Virus record (IMG/VR): IMGVR_UViG_2703719355_000005
Source of the DNA: a virus
Taxonomy: Duplodnaviria; Heunggongvirae; Uroviricota; Caudoviricetes
DNA: 10,434 bases
Direction: 5' to 3' (one strand)
Shown here: positions 1 through 7,311 of the stretch, piece by piece
Numbering within the stretch: position 1 is the stretch's first letter
Layout of the letters: each line of letters starts with the position of its first letter
Notes under the pieces: model-generated
Seen by the model: only the letters and a program-made list of their open reading frames with translations
What the model was told of the DNA's origin: nothing
Databases searched by the model: none
Translations under genes and position numbers: made by a program

Positions 1-1
1 A

Positions 2-241
2 TTTTTAGTCATCCTGTTTACCTCTTTCTCAGGGAGTTTAGTCTCCAGGATTTCCGGGGCGGTTCAATCCAGTACGCTTGATTCCATCCCTTTATCCATG
101 CAACGACAGTTTCCTGATTTAACACCGCGCCATCTTGACCATCTGAAAACCCTTATTGCGAAGGGGGCAAATCAGTGTGCGCGGGCGGGGGATAAATTAC
201 CGGATTTACTCGATGAATATATCAGAGCAACAACTGAATAA
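2..241 (+). CDS. nu1: Terminase small subunit, C-terminal fragment (lambda Nu1-like); 5' end lies outside the window
   Basis: Frame 2 is open from the window edge to TAA at 239-241. Its translation ...PLSMQRQFPDLTPRHLDHLKTLIAKGANQCARAGDKLPDLLDEYIRATTE resembles the lambda Nu1 C-terminus as I recall it (...PLSVQRRFPELENRHVDFLKRDIIKAMNKAAALDELIPGLLSEYIEQSG). It overlaps the terminase large subunit start, as in lambda. Confidence 0.8.
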   Translation, partial: FLVILFTSFSGSLVSRISGAVQSSTLDSIPLSMQRQFPDLTPRHLDHLKTLIAKGANQCARAGDKLPDLLDEYIRATTE

Positions 242-2141
242 TATGATGAGTGCTGTCACAACAGCATTACAGCCCCTGATAAGGGCATTGCCGGTGACGC
301 CAGTTGAATGGGCTGATCAAAATTATTATCTGCCTAAAGAATCTTCATATGGTGAGGGAGAATGGAAAACGCTGCCATTCCAGATCGCCATCATGAACAG
401 CATGGGGAATGATCAGATCCGCACTGTTAATCTGATTAAATCTGCCCGTGTTGGCTATACAAAGATGTTGCTGGGGGGGGTCGGGTATTTTATTGAGCAT
501 AAATCCCGAAACAGTCTGCTTTTTCAGCCCACGGATTCTGCCGCTGAAGATTTTATGAAGTCTCACGTGGAGGCGACGATTCGGGACGTGCCATGCCTGA
601 AAGATCTTTCCCCGTGGCTGGGTCGTAAACATCGTGACAATACTCTCACGCTGAAACGCTTTTCATCGGGGGTGGGCTTCTGGTGCCTGGGTGGTGCGGC
701 AGCAAAAAACTACCGTGAAAAATCCGTGGATGTGGTCTGTTATGACGAGCTTTCCTCGTTCGAACCGGATGTTGAAAAAGAGGGTTCGCCAACCCTGCTG
801 GGGGATAAACGTATTGAGGGCTCTGTATGGCCAAAATCCATTCGCGGCTCGACGCCTAAAATCAAAGGCTCCTGCCAGATCGAAAAAGCCGCTAACGAGT
901 CGGCACACTTCATGCGTTTTTATGTGCCCTGTCCGCACTGTGGGGAGGAGCAGTATCTGAAATTTGGCGATGATGCCTCGCCTTTCGGTCTTAAGTGGGA
1001 GAAGAATAAGCCAGAAAGTGTTTTCTACCTTTGTGAGCATCATGGCTGTGTGATCCATCAGTCTGAGCTTGACCAGAGTAACGGGCGGTGGATCTGTGAA
1101 AACACGGGCATGTGGACCCGTGACGGTCTGACGTTTTTCAGCGCCCGGGGTGATGAAATTCCGCCGCCGCGCTCCATCACGTTCCATATCTGGACGGCGT
1201 ACAGTCCGTTCACCACCTGGGTACAGATTGTCTATGACTGGCTGGATGCACTGAAAGATCCCAACGGCCTGAAAACCTTTGTGAACACCACGCTGGGCGA
1301 GACCTGGGAAGAGGCCGTGGGCGAAAAACTCGATCACCAGGTACTGATGGATAAGGTTGTGCGTTACACGGCGGCGGTGCCTGCCCGGGTGGTTTATCTG
1401 ACGGCGGGCATTGACTCGCAGCGAAACCGTTTTGAGATGTATGTCTGGGGATGGGCTCCGGGAGAGGAAGCCTTTCTGGTGGATAAAATCATCATTATGG
1501 GGCGTCCCGATGAGGAAGAGACGCTGTTACGTGTGGATGCGGCGATCAACAAAAAATACCGCCATGCGGATGGCACCGAAATGACCATTTCCCGTGTCTG
1601 CTGGGACACCGGGGGGATCGATGGTGAAATCGTCTACCAGAGGTCAAAAAAACACGGTGTTTTCCGTGTGCTGCCGGTAAAAGGCGCGTCTGTCTATGGC
1701 AAGCCGGTGATCACCATGCCAAAAACCCGCAATCAGCGGGGCGTGTATCTGTGTGAAGTGGGGACGGACACCGCAAAAGAAATTCTCTATGCCCGTATGA
1801 AAGCCGATCCCACGCCTGTGGATGAAGCCACGTCGTATGCCATCCGTTTTCCTGATGATCCGGAGATTTTTTCGCAGACAGAGGCGCAGCAACTGGTCGC
1901 GGAAGAGCTTGTGGAGAAGTGGGAAAAAGGAAAGATGCGTCTGCTGTGGGATAACAAAAAGCGGCGTAACGAAGCGCTGGACTGCCTGGTGTATGCCTAC
2001 GCGGCATTACGTGTGTCCGTGCAACGCTGGCAGCTTGATCTGGCTGTACTGGCAAAATCCCGGGAAGAAGAGACGACCCGGCCAACCCTTAAAGAACTGG
2101 CAGCGAAGCTGTCCGGAGGAGTGAATGGTTACAGTCGCTGA
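213..2141 (+). CDS. A: Terminase large subunit (lambda gpA-like)
   Basis: 642-codon ORF. Recognisable end-to-end similarity to lambda gpA: N-terminus MNIS..., EWAD.NYYLPKESxY, KSARVGY(S/T)KMLLG ATPase region, CPHCGEEQYLKFGD zinc-ribbon-like motif, TAYSPFTTWVQIV, WDTGGID nuclease region. Start placed at ATG 213 (MNISEQQ), which matches the lambda N-terminus, rather than the ORF-track start at 156. Confidence 0.95.
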   Translation: MNISEQQLNNMMSAVTTALQPLIRALPVTPVEWADQNYYLPKESSYGEGEWKTLPFQIAIMNSMGNDQIRTVNLIKSARVGYTKMLLGGVGYFIEHKSRNSLLFQPTDSAAEDFMKSHVEATIRDVPCLKDLSPWLGRKHRDNTLTLKRFSSGVGFWCLGGAAAKNYREKSVDVVCYDELSSFEPDVEKEGSPTLLGDKRIEGSVWPKSIRGSTPKIKGSCQIEKAANESAHFMRFYVPCPHCGEEQYLKFGDDASPFGLKWEKNKPESVFYLCEHHGCVIHQSELDQSNGRWICENTGMWTRDGLTFFSARGDEIPPPRSITFHIWTAYSPFTTWVQIVYDWLDALKDPNGLKTFVNTTLGETWEEAVGEKLDHQVLMDKVVRYTAAVPARVVYLTAGIDSQRNRFEMYVWGWAPGEEAFLVDKIIIMGRPDEEETLLRVDAAINKKYRHADGTEMTISRVCWDTGGIDGEIVYQRSKKHGVFRVLPVKGASVYGKPVITMPKTRNQRGVYLCEVGTDTAKEILYARMKADPTPVDEATSYAIRFPDDPEIFSQTEAQQLVAEELVEKWEKGKMRLLWDNKKRRNEALDCLVYAYAALRVSVQRWQLDLAVLAKSREEETTRPTLKELAAKLSGGVNGYSR

Positions 2142-2331
2142 ACTGCAGGTGCTGCGTCAGGCGCGCCTTGATTTATTAACCGGTAAACGGGTGGTGTCTG
2201 TCCAGAAAGATGGTCGCAGAATTGAATATACGGCAGCTTCTCTGGATGAGCTTAACCGGGCGATCAATGATGCGGAGTCGGTACTGGGGACAACCCGGCG
2301 TCGCCGTCGTCCGCTGGGAGTGAGGTTATGA
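2125..2331 (+). CDS. W: Head-tail joining / head completion protein (lambda gpW-like)
   Basis: 68-aa ORF; LTGKRVVSVQKDGRRIEYTAASLDEL matches the lambda gpW core ([23 protein letters not shown]) and the length is the same. GGAGGA precedes the ATG. Overlaps the 3' end of A and the 5' end of B (ATGA). Confidence 0.9.
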   Translation: MVTVAELQVLRQARLDLLTGKRVVSVQKDGRRIEYTAASLDELNRAINDAESVLGTTRRRRRPLGVRL

Positions 2332-3920
2332 AACGAACGCCTGTCCTGATTGATGTGAACGGCGTTCCGCTTCGGGAGAGCCTCAGCTACAACGGTGGCG
2401 GTGCAGGATTTGGCGGGCAAATGGCAGAGTGGTTGCCACCCTCGCAGAGTGCCGATGCGGCCCTGCTGCCCGCGTTGCGTCTGGGGAATGCCCGTGCAGA
2501 TGATCTGGTGCGCAATAACGGAATAGCGGCCAATGCGGTGGCCCTGCATAAGGATCACATTGTCGGGCATATGTTTCTGATTAGCTACCGTCCGAACTGG
2601 CGCTGGCTGGGGATGCGGGAGACCGCGGCAAAAAGTTTTGTCGATGAGGTGGAGGCGGCCTGGTCAGAATACGCAGAAGGGATGTTTGGTGAGATCGACG
2701 TGGAAGGGAAACGCACGTTTACGGAATTTATCCGTGAAGGTGTGGGCGTTCATGCGTTTAACGGCGAAATCTTTGTGCAGCCGGTCTGGGATACGGAGAG
2801 TACGCAACTGTTTCGTACGCGTTTTAAAGCCGTGAGTCCGAAACGGGTGGACACGCCAGGACACGGTATCGGGAACCGTTTTCTGCGGGCCGGTGTGGAG
2901 GTTGATCGATATGGCCGTGCCGTTGCGTACCATATCTGTGAGGATGATTTTCCTCGCTCCGGGAGTGGACGATGGGAACGGATCCCGCGTGAACTACCCA
3001 CCGGGCGTCCGGCCATGCTGCATATTTTCGAGCCGGTGGAGGACGGGCAGACCCGTGGAGCCAATCAGTTTTACAGCGTTATGGAACGGCTGAAGATGCT
3101 GGATTCCCTGCAGGCAACACAGCTTCAGTCGGCCATAGTGAAGGCGATGTATGCAGCGACGATTGAAAGTGACCTTGATACCGAAAAGGCCTTTGAATAT
3201 ATCGCCGGTGCGCCGCAGGGGCAGAAGGATAATCCGCTTATTAATATTCTGGATAAGTTCTCCACCTGGTATGACACGAATAGCGTGACGCTGGGCGGTG
3301 TCAAAATTCCGCACCTTTTCCCCGGTGATGATCTGAAACTTCAGACCGCGCAGGATTCAGACAATGGATTTTCGGCGCTTGAACAGGCGCTGCTGCGGTA
3401 TATCGCCGCCGGTCTTGGCGTTTCCTACGAACAGTTGTCCCGGGATTACTCGAAGGTCAGTTATTCAAGTGCCCGCGCCTCCGCCAATGAGTCGTGGCGC
3501 TATTTTATGGGACGACGAAAATTTATTGCGTCCCGGCTGGCCACGCAGATGTTTTCCTGCTGGCTGGAAGAGGCACTTCTTCGGGGGATTATTCGTCCGC
3601 CACGGGCGCGTTTTGATTTTTATCAGGCGCGATCAGCCTGGTCACGGGCTGAGTGGATTGGAGCCGGAAGAATGGCCATTGACGGGCTCAAGGAAGTCCA
3701 GGAATCAGTGATGCGCATTGAGGCCGGACTGAGCACGTATGAGAAAGAGCTGGCGCTGATGGGCGAGGATTATCAGGACATTTTCCGCCAGCAGGTCAGG
3801 GAATCTGCAGAGCGGGAAAAAGCCGGACTCTCACGTCCGGTGTGGATAGCGCAGGCGTATCAGCAGCAGATAGCGGAGAGTCGCAGGCCGGAAGAGGAGA
3901 CAACACCACGTGAGACGTAA
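2328..3920 (+). CDS. B: Portal protein (lambda gpB-like)
   Basis: 530-aa ORF in the lambda B position with a similar length (I recall about 533 aa for lambda), located between W and C; the start overlaps the W stop (ATGA). Confidence 0.93.
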   Translation: MKRTPVLIDVNGVPLRESLSYNGGGAGFGGQMAEWLPPSQSADAALLPALRLGNARADDLVRNNGIAANAVALHKDHIVGHMFLISYRPNWRWLGMRETAAKSFVDEVEAAWSEYAEGMFGEIDVEGKRTFTEFIREGVGVHAFNGEIFVQPVWDTESTQLFRTRFKAVSPKRVDTPGHGIGNRFLRAGVEVDRYGRAVAYHICEDDFPRSGSGRWERIPRELPTGRPAMLHIFEPVEDGQTRGANQFYSVMERLKMLDSLQATQLQSAIVKAMYAATIESDLDTEKAFEYIAGAPQGQKDNPLINILDKFSTWYDTNSVTLGGVKIPHLFPGDDLKLQTAQDSDNGFSALEQALLRYIAAGLGVSYEQLSRDYSKVSYSSARASANESWRYFMGRRKFIASRLATQMFSCWLEEALLRGIIRPPRARFDFYQARSAWSRAEWIGAGRMAIDGLKEVQESVMRIEAGLSTYEKELALMGEDYQDIFRQQVRESAEREKAGLSRPVWIAQAYQQQIAESRRPEEETTPRET

Positions 3921-5415
3921 TCTTTCACACATTATTGCCGCAGCATTCAATGAACCGCTGCTTCTGGAGCCCGCCTATGCGCGGGTTTTCTTTTGCGCGC
4001 TGGGGCGCGAGATGGGGGCAGCAAGTCTTTCGGTACCACAACAACAGGTACAGCTTGATGCTTCCGGAATGCTGGCTGAAACGGACGAGTACATGGCCGG
4101 AGGTAAACGACCGGCCCGTGTTTACCGGGTGGTGAACGGTATTGCGGTACTGCCGGTGACCGGCACGCTGGTGCACCGGCTGGGGGGGATGCGGCCATTT
4201 TCCGGAATGACAGGCTATGACGGTATTGTCGCCTGTCTTCAGCAGGCAATGGCAGATAGCCAGGTGCGGGGCATACTGCTGGACATTGACAGTCCGGGCG
4301 GGCAGGCCGCCGGCGCGTTTGACTGCGCTGACATGATTTACCGCCTCCGGCAGCAGAAGCCGGTCTGGGCACTGTGCAATGACACGGCCTGTTCTGCGGC
4401 CATGCTGCTGGCGTCGGCCTGCTCCCGACGGCTGGTTACCCAGACATCCCGTATCGGCTCCATTGGCGTGATGATGAGCCATGTCAGCTATGCCGGTCAT
4501 CTGGCGCAGGCCGGGGTGGATATCACGCTGATTTATGCCGGGGCGCACAAGGTGGATGGCAATCAGTTTGAAGCGTTGCCGGCAGAGGTTCGCCAGGACA
4601 TGCAGCAGCGGATTGATGCGGCGCGCCGGATGTTTGCCGAAAAAGTGGCGATGTATACCGGGTTGTCTGTTGATGCAGTCACGGGAACAGAGGCCGCCGT
4701 TTTTGAAGGTCAGTCCGGCATTGAGGCCGGACTGGCGGATGAATTAATCAATGCGTCGGATGCCATCAGTGTGATGGCCACGGCGCTGAACAGTAATGTC
4801 AGAGGAGGCACTATGCCGCAATTAACTGCAACGGAAGCCGCCGCGCAGGAGAACCAGCGAGTGATGGGGATCCTGACATGCCAGGAAGCGAAAGGACGTG
4901 AACAGCTTGCCACGATGCTGGCAGGACAACAGGGCATGAGCGTTGAACAGGCCCGGGCGATTCTGGCCGCGGCGGCACCGCAGCAGCCGGTGGCATCCGC
5001 GCAGAGTGAAGCCGATCGCATTATGGCGTGTGAAGAAGCGAAAGGTCGTGAACAACTGGCGGCAACGCTGGCGGCGATGCCGGAGATGACGGTGGAAAAA
5101 GCACGCCCGATCCTGGCGGCTGCACCACTGGCGGATGCCGGGCCCTCACTTCGTGATCAGATCATGGCCCTGGATGAGGCAAAAGGGGCAGAAGCGCAGG
5201 CTGAAAAACTGGCGGCCTGCCCGGGAATGACCGTGGAGAACGCCCGGGCTGTGCTGGCTGCGGGATCAGGTAAGGCCGAACCGGTCTCTGCATCCACAAC
5301 CGCCCTGTTTGAACATTTCATGGCGAATCATTCACCGGCAGCGGTGCGGGGTGGCGTGTCACAGACGTCAGCAGACGGTGATGCGGACGTGAAAATGCTC
5401 ATGGCCATGCCATGA
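3910..5415 (+). CDS. C: Prohead protease / scaffold fusion (lambda gpC-like, S49/ClpP-family serine peptidase domain), GTG start
   Basis: 501-aa ORF. N-terminal two-thirds resembles lambda gpC (NLSHIIAAAFNEPLLLEPAYARVFFCAL..., GIAVLPV.GTLV, DSPGG.AAGAFDCAD, VWAL.ND..CSA, GSIGVMM, LADEL.N..DAI). GTG start at 3910 overlaps the B stop, with GAGGAG upstream. The C-terminal third is the Nu3-like scaffold region. Confidence 0.9.
   Translation: MRRNLSHIIAAAFNEPLLLEPAYARVFFCALGREMGAASLSVPQQQVQLDASGMLAETDEYMAGGKRPARVYRVVNGIAVLPVTGTLVHRLGGMRPFSGMTGYDGIVACLQQAMADSQVRGILLDIDSPGGQAAGAFDCADMIYRLRQQKPVWALCNDTACSAAMLLASACSRRLVTQTSRIGSIGVMMSHVSYAGHLAQAGVDITLIYAGAHKVDGNQFEALPAEVRQDMQQRIDAARRMFAEKVAMYTGLSVDAVTGTEAAVFEGQSGIEAGLADELINASDAISVMATALNSNVRGGTMPQLTATEAAAQENQRVMGILTCQEAKGREQLATMLAGQQGMSVEQARAILAAAAPQQPVASAQSEADRIMACEEAKGREQLAATLAAMPEMTVEKARPILAAAPLADAGPSLRDQIMALDEAKGAEAQAEKLAACPGMTVENARAVLAAGSGKAEPVSASTTALFEHFMANHSPAAVRGGVSQTSADGDADVKMLMAMP
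4813..5415 (+). CDS. nu3: Putative nested scaffolding protein (lambda Nu3-like), in-frame internal start within C
   Basis: Strong Shine-Dalgarno AGAGGAGG at 4801-4808 followed by ATG at 4813, in the same frame as C. The position aligns with the lambda Nu3 start (..SGGRMTKETQ versus ..RGGTMPQLTA). In lambda, Nu3 is translated from an internal in-frame start in C. Confidence 0.6.
   Translation: MPQLTATEAAAQENQRVMGILTCQEAKGREQLATMLAGQQGMSVEQARAILAAAAPQQPVASAQSEADRIMACEEAKGREQLAATLAAMPEMTVEKARPILAAAPLADAGPSLRDQIMALDEAKGAEAQAEKLAACPGMTVENARAVLAAGSGKAEPVSASTTALFEHFMANHSPAAVRGGVSQTSADGDADVKMLMAMP
4855..5270 (+). repeat. Three tandem copies of an approximately 47-codon scaffold module inside C/Nu3 (period about 141-159 nt)
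   Basis: Protein-level repeats: (1) RVMGILTCQEAKGREQLATMLAGQQGMSVEQARAILAAAAP, (2) RIMACEEAKGREQLAATLAAMPEMTVEKARPILAAAPL, (3) QIMALDEAKGAEAQAEKLAACPGMTVENARAVLAAG. Similarity is also visible in the DNA (gaagcgaaagg.cgtgaaca at about 4884 and 5034). From memory, lambda has a single copy (SRIMGILNCEEAHGREEQARVLAETPGMTVKTARRILAAAPQ). Confidence 0.8.
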
Positions 5416-5451
5416 AGTCAGTGCTGACCATCAACAGGAGGTTTTAACAAA

Positions 5452-5799
5452 ATGGTGACGAAAACCATCACTGAACAGCGTGCGGAAGTACGTATTTTTG
5501 CCGGTAATGATCCGGCTCATACCGCCACAGGCAGCAGCGGGATTTCTTCTGCAACACCGGCTCTGACGCCCCTGATGCTGGATGAAGCCACCGGGAAACT
5601 GGTGGTCTGGGACGGACAGAAAGCCGGTAGTGCGGTTGGCATACTGGTACTGCCGCTTGAAGGCACAGAGACGGTGCTGACCTATTACAAGTCGGGGACC
5701 TTTGCGACGGAGGCAATCCGCTGGCCTGACAGTGTGGATGAACACAAAAAGGCAAATGCCTTTGCCGGCACAGCCCTGAGTCACGCGGCTCTGCCGTAA
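5452..5799 (+). CDS. D: Head decoration protein (lambda gpD-like)
   Basis: 115-aa ORF; DPAHTAT, TPLMLD, KLVVWDG, AVGIL, YKSGTF and AFAGTA motifs match lambda gpD (110 aa). AGGAGG lies 10 nt upstream of the ATG. Confidence 0.9.
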   Translation: MVTKTITEQRAEVRIFAGNDPAHTATGSSGISSATPALTPLMLDEATGKLVVWDGQKAGSAVGILVLPLEGTETVLTYYKSGTFATEAIRWPDSVDEHKKANAFAGTALSHAALP

Positions 5800-5807
5800 C
5801 ACGTTAT

Positions 5808-5827
5808 CAGGCCACCATGGTGGCCTG
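5808..5827 (+). promoter_or_regulatory. Perfect palindrome / hairpin in the D-E intergenic region (8-bp stem CAGGCCAC/GTGGCCTG, loop CATG)
   Basis: Read directly from sequence: caggccac catg gtggcctg. It is followed by only a weak T-run (gatttct), so it is more likely an RNA-stability or attenuation element than a strong terminator. Confidence 0.45.
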
Positions 5828-5949
5828 ACTGATTTCTGAATGAAAGGAACTGATTTATGGGATTGTTTACGACCCGCTAGTTACTCGGTTATACCGAACA
5901 AAAAGTTAAATTTCGTGCGCTGTTTCTGGAACTGTTTTTCCGCCGTACG

Positions 5950-6885
5950 GTGAATTTCCACACCGAAGAGGTGATGCTGGACAAAATTACCGGAAAAACG
6001 CCGGTGGCGGCCTATGTCTCCCCGGTCGTTGAAGGAAAAGTGCTGCGTCATCGTGGGGGTGAAACCCGCGTGTTACGTCCGGGCTACGTCAAGCCGAAAC
6101 ACGAATTTAATTACCAGCAGGCGGTTGAACGCCTTCCTGGTGAAGATCCGGCTCAACTGAACGATCCGGCTTACCGCCGTCTGCGTATCATTACCGATAA
6201 CCTCAAACAGGAAGAGCACGCGATTGTCCAGGTGGAAGAAATACAGGCGGTAAATGCTGTGTTGTATGGCAAATATACGATGGAAGGAGACCAGTTCGAG
6301 AAAATTGAGGTCGATTTTGGCAGGTCGACGAAGAATAACATCACTCAGGGTAGTGGTAAGGAGTGGTCAAAACAGGATCGTGACACGTTCGATCCTACAC
6401 ATGATCTTGACCTCTACTGCGACCAGGCCAGCGGTCTTGTGAATATTGCCATTATGGACGGTACCGTCTGGCGTCTTCTGAATGGTTTTAAGCTGTTCCG
6501 CGAAAAACTGGATACCCGTCGCGGTTCAAATTCTCAACTCGAAACGGCAGTGAAAGATCTGGGCGCAGTGGTGTCCTTCAAGGGGTATTACGGCGATCTG
6601 GCCATTGTGGTGGCGAAAACGTCTTATATAGCAGAAGACGGTATCGAAAAACGTTATCTGCCGGAGGGCATGCTGGTTCTGGGGAATACTGCTGCAGATG
6701 GGATCCGTTGTTACGGTGCCATTCAGGATGCGCAGGCGTTGTCCGAAGGTGTGGTGGCCTCTTCCCGTTATCCGAAACACTGGCTGACGGTGGGGGATCC
6801 CGCCCGTGAATTTACCATGACGCAGTCCGCGCCGCTGATGGTGTTGCCGGACCCGGATGAGTTTGTGGTGGTACAGGTGAAATAA
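5950..6885 (+). CDS. E: Major capsid protein (lambda gpE-like). The conserved N-terminal codons continue upstream to ATG 5857 but are interrupted by an in-frame TAG at 5878-5880, so this may be an amber allele or pseudogene
   Basis: The open frame from GTG 5950 encodes ...YVSPVVEGKVLRHRGGET...PGYVKPKHE...DPAYRR.RII...GKYTM.G...RGSNS.LETAVKDLG...TGDPAREFTM.QSAPLM, matching lambda gpE. The same frame upstream reads MGLFTTR*LLGYTEQKVKFRALFLELFFRR, which aligns with lambda MSMYTTAQLLAANEQKFKFDPLFLRLFFRE. A Shine-Dalgarno AAGGA lies 8 nt before ATG 5857. Confidence 0.85.
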   Translation: MNFHTEEVMLDKITGKTPVAAYVSPVVEGKVLRHRGGETRVLRPGYVKPKHEFNYQQAVERLPGEDPAQLNDPAYRRLRIITDNLKQEEHAIVQVEEIQAVNAVLYGKYTMEGDQFEKIEVDFGRSTKNNITQGSGKEWSKQDRDTFDPTHDLDLYCDQASGLVNIAIMDGTVWRLLNGFKLFREKLDTRRGSNSQLETAVKDLGAVVSFKGYYGDLAIVVAKTSYIAEDGIEKRYLPEGMLVLGNTAADGIRCYGAIQDAQALSEGVVASSRYPKHWLTVGDPAREFTMTQSAPLMVLPDPDEFVVVQVK

Positions 6886-6892
6886 TCCGTGA

Positions 6893-6922
6893 GCGGGGGC
6901 GAAATGCCCCCGTGTCTTTTTT
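6893..6922 (+). terminator. Rho-independent terminator-like hairpin immediately after the major capsid gene
   Basis: GC-rich stem cgggggc (6894-6900), loop gaaat, stem gcccccg (6906-6912), followed by tgtctttttt (T6 at 6917-6922). Lies between the E stop (6885) and the FI start (6937). Confidence 0.65.
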
Positions 6923-6936
6923 CACAGGGGGCTGAT

Positions 6937-7311
6937 ATGGCAACGAAAGAGCAAAATCTGAAACGGCTTGATGAACTGGCCCTGATTCTGGGGCGTGAGC
7001 CGGATATATCCGGGAGTGCCGCAGAGATAGCGCAGCGGGTGGCGGAATGGGAAGAGGAAATACAGTCATCCGGCGAGGATGTTCAGGTTGGGGATACGGT
7101 GATCCGGGAGCGGGAAACCGCGGCTCATGATGTTCGTGAGGATACATCCGGTGCGTTAACGCGCATCAGAGTTCTGACCTGCCTCCATCTCTGTGGCATT
7201 GATGGTGAAACAGGGGAATCCGTTGAGATTGCGGATGTTGGTCGGGTGATTCTGATTATGTCCTCAGATGCAAAAACACACGTTGATGGCGGAATGGCTG
7301 TTTATGCGTGA
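6937..7311 (+). CDS. FI: DNA packaging / head assembly protein (lambda gpFI-like)
   Basis: Start placed at ATG 6937 (MATKEQNLKRLDELALILGREPDISGSAAEIAQRVAEW), which resembles the lambda FI N-terminus (MTKDELIARLRSLGEQLNRDVSLTGTKEELALRVAEL). AGGGGG lies upstream. The ORF-track GTG start at 6889 sits inside the terminator hairpin and was not used. Confidence 0.85.
   Translation: MATKEQNLKRLDELALILGREPDISGSAAEIAQRVAEWEEEIQSSGEDVQVGDTVIRERETAAHDVREDTSGALTRIRVLTCLHLCGIDGETGESVEIADVGRVILIMSSDAKTHVDGGMAVYA

Noticed and set aside
156-212. Upstream start (ORF-track position 156) for the terminase large subunit
   Set aside because: Similarity to lambda gpA begins at ATG 213 (MNIS...). The 19 upstream codons lie within the Nu1 coding region in another frame and have no counterpart in gpA.
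663-1337. 224-aa minus-strand ORF inside the terminase large subunit gene
   Set aside because: Lies entirely antisense to a strongly supported, lambda-homologous CDS. Long antisense ORFs are expected in GC-rich coding DNA, and I see no RBS or recognisable protein family.
2638-3711. Small alternative-frame + ORFs inside the portal gene (2638..2835, 2893..3093, 3364..3711)
   Set aside because: Out-of-frame overlaps with the portal CDS, no RBS, and basic low-complexity translations; considered noise.
3925-4548. Minus-strand ORFs of 207 aa (3925..4548) and 141 aa (3947..4372) inside the protease gene C
   Set aside because: Antisense to the conserved S49-like protease domain. The translations are rich in Pro, Arg and Ala, a typical GC-rich antisense artefact.
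5857-5880. Possibility that the short MGLFTTR peptide ORF is an independent leader peptide rather than the capsid N-terminus
   Set aside because: The codons before and after the TAG align in register with the lambda gpE N-terminus, which argues for an interrupted capsid gene rather than a separate leader ORF.
6889-6936. GTG 6889 as the start of FI (ORF-track start)
   Set aside because: This GTG lies inside the terminator hairpin stem. The lambda-like N-terminus begins at ATG 6937, which has its own purine-rich RBS.
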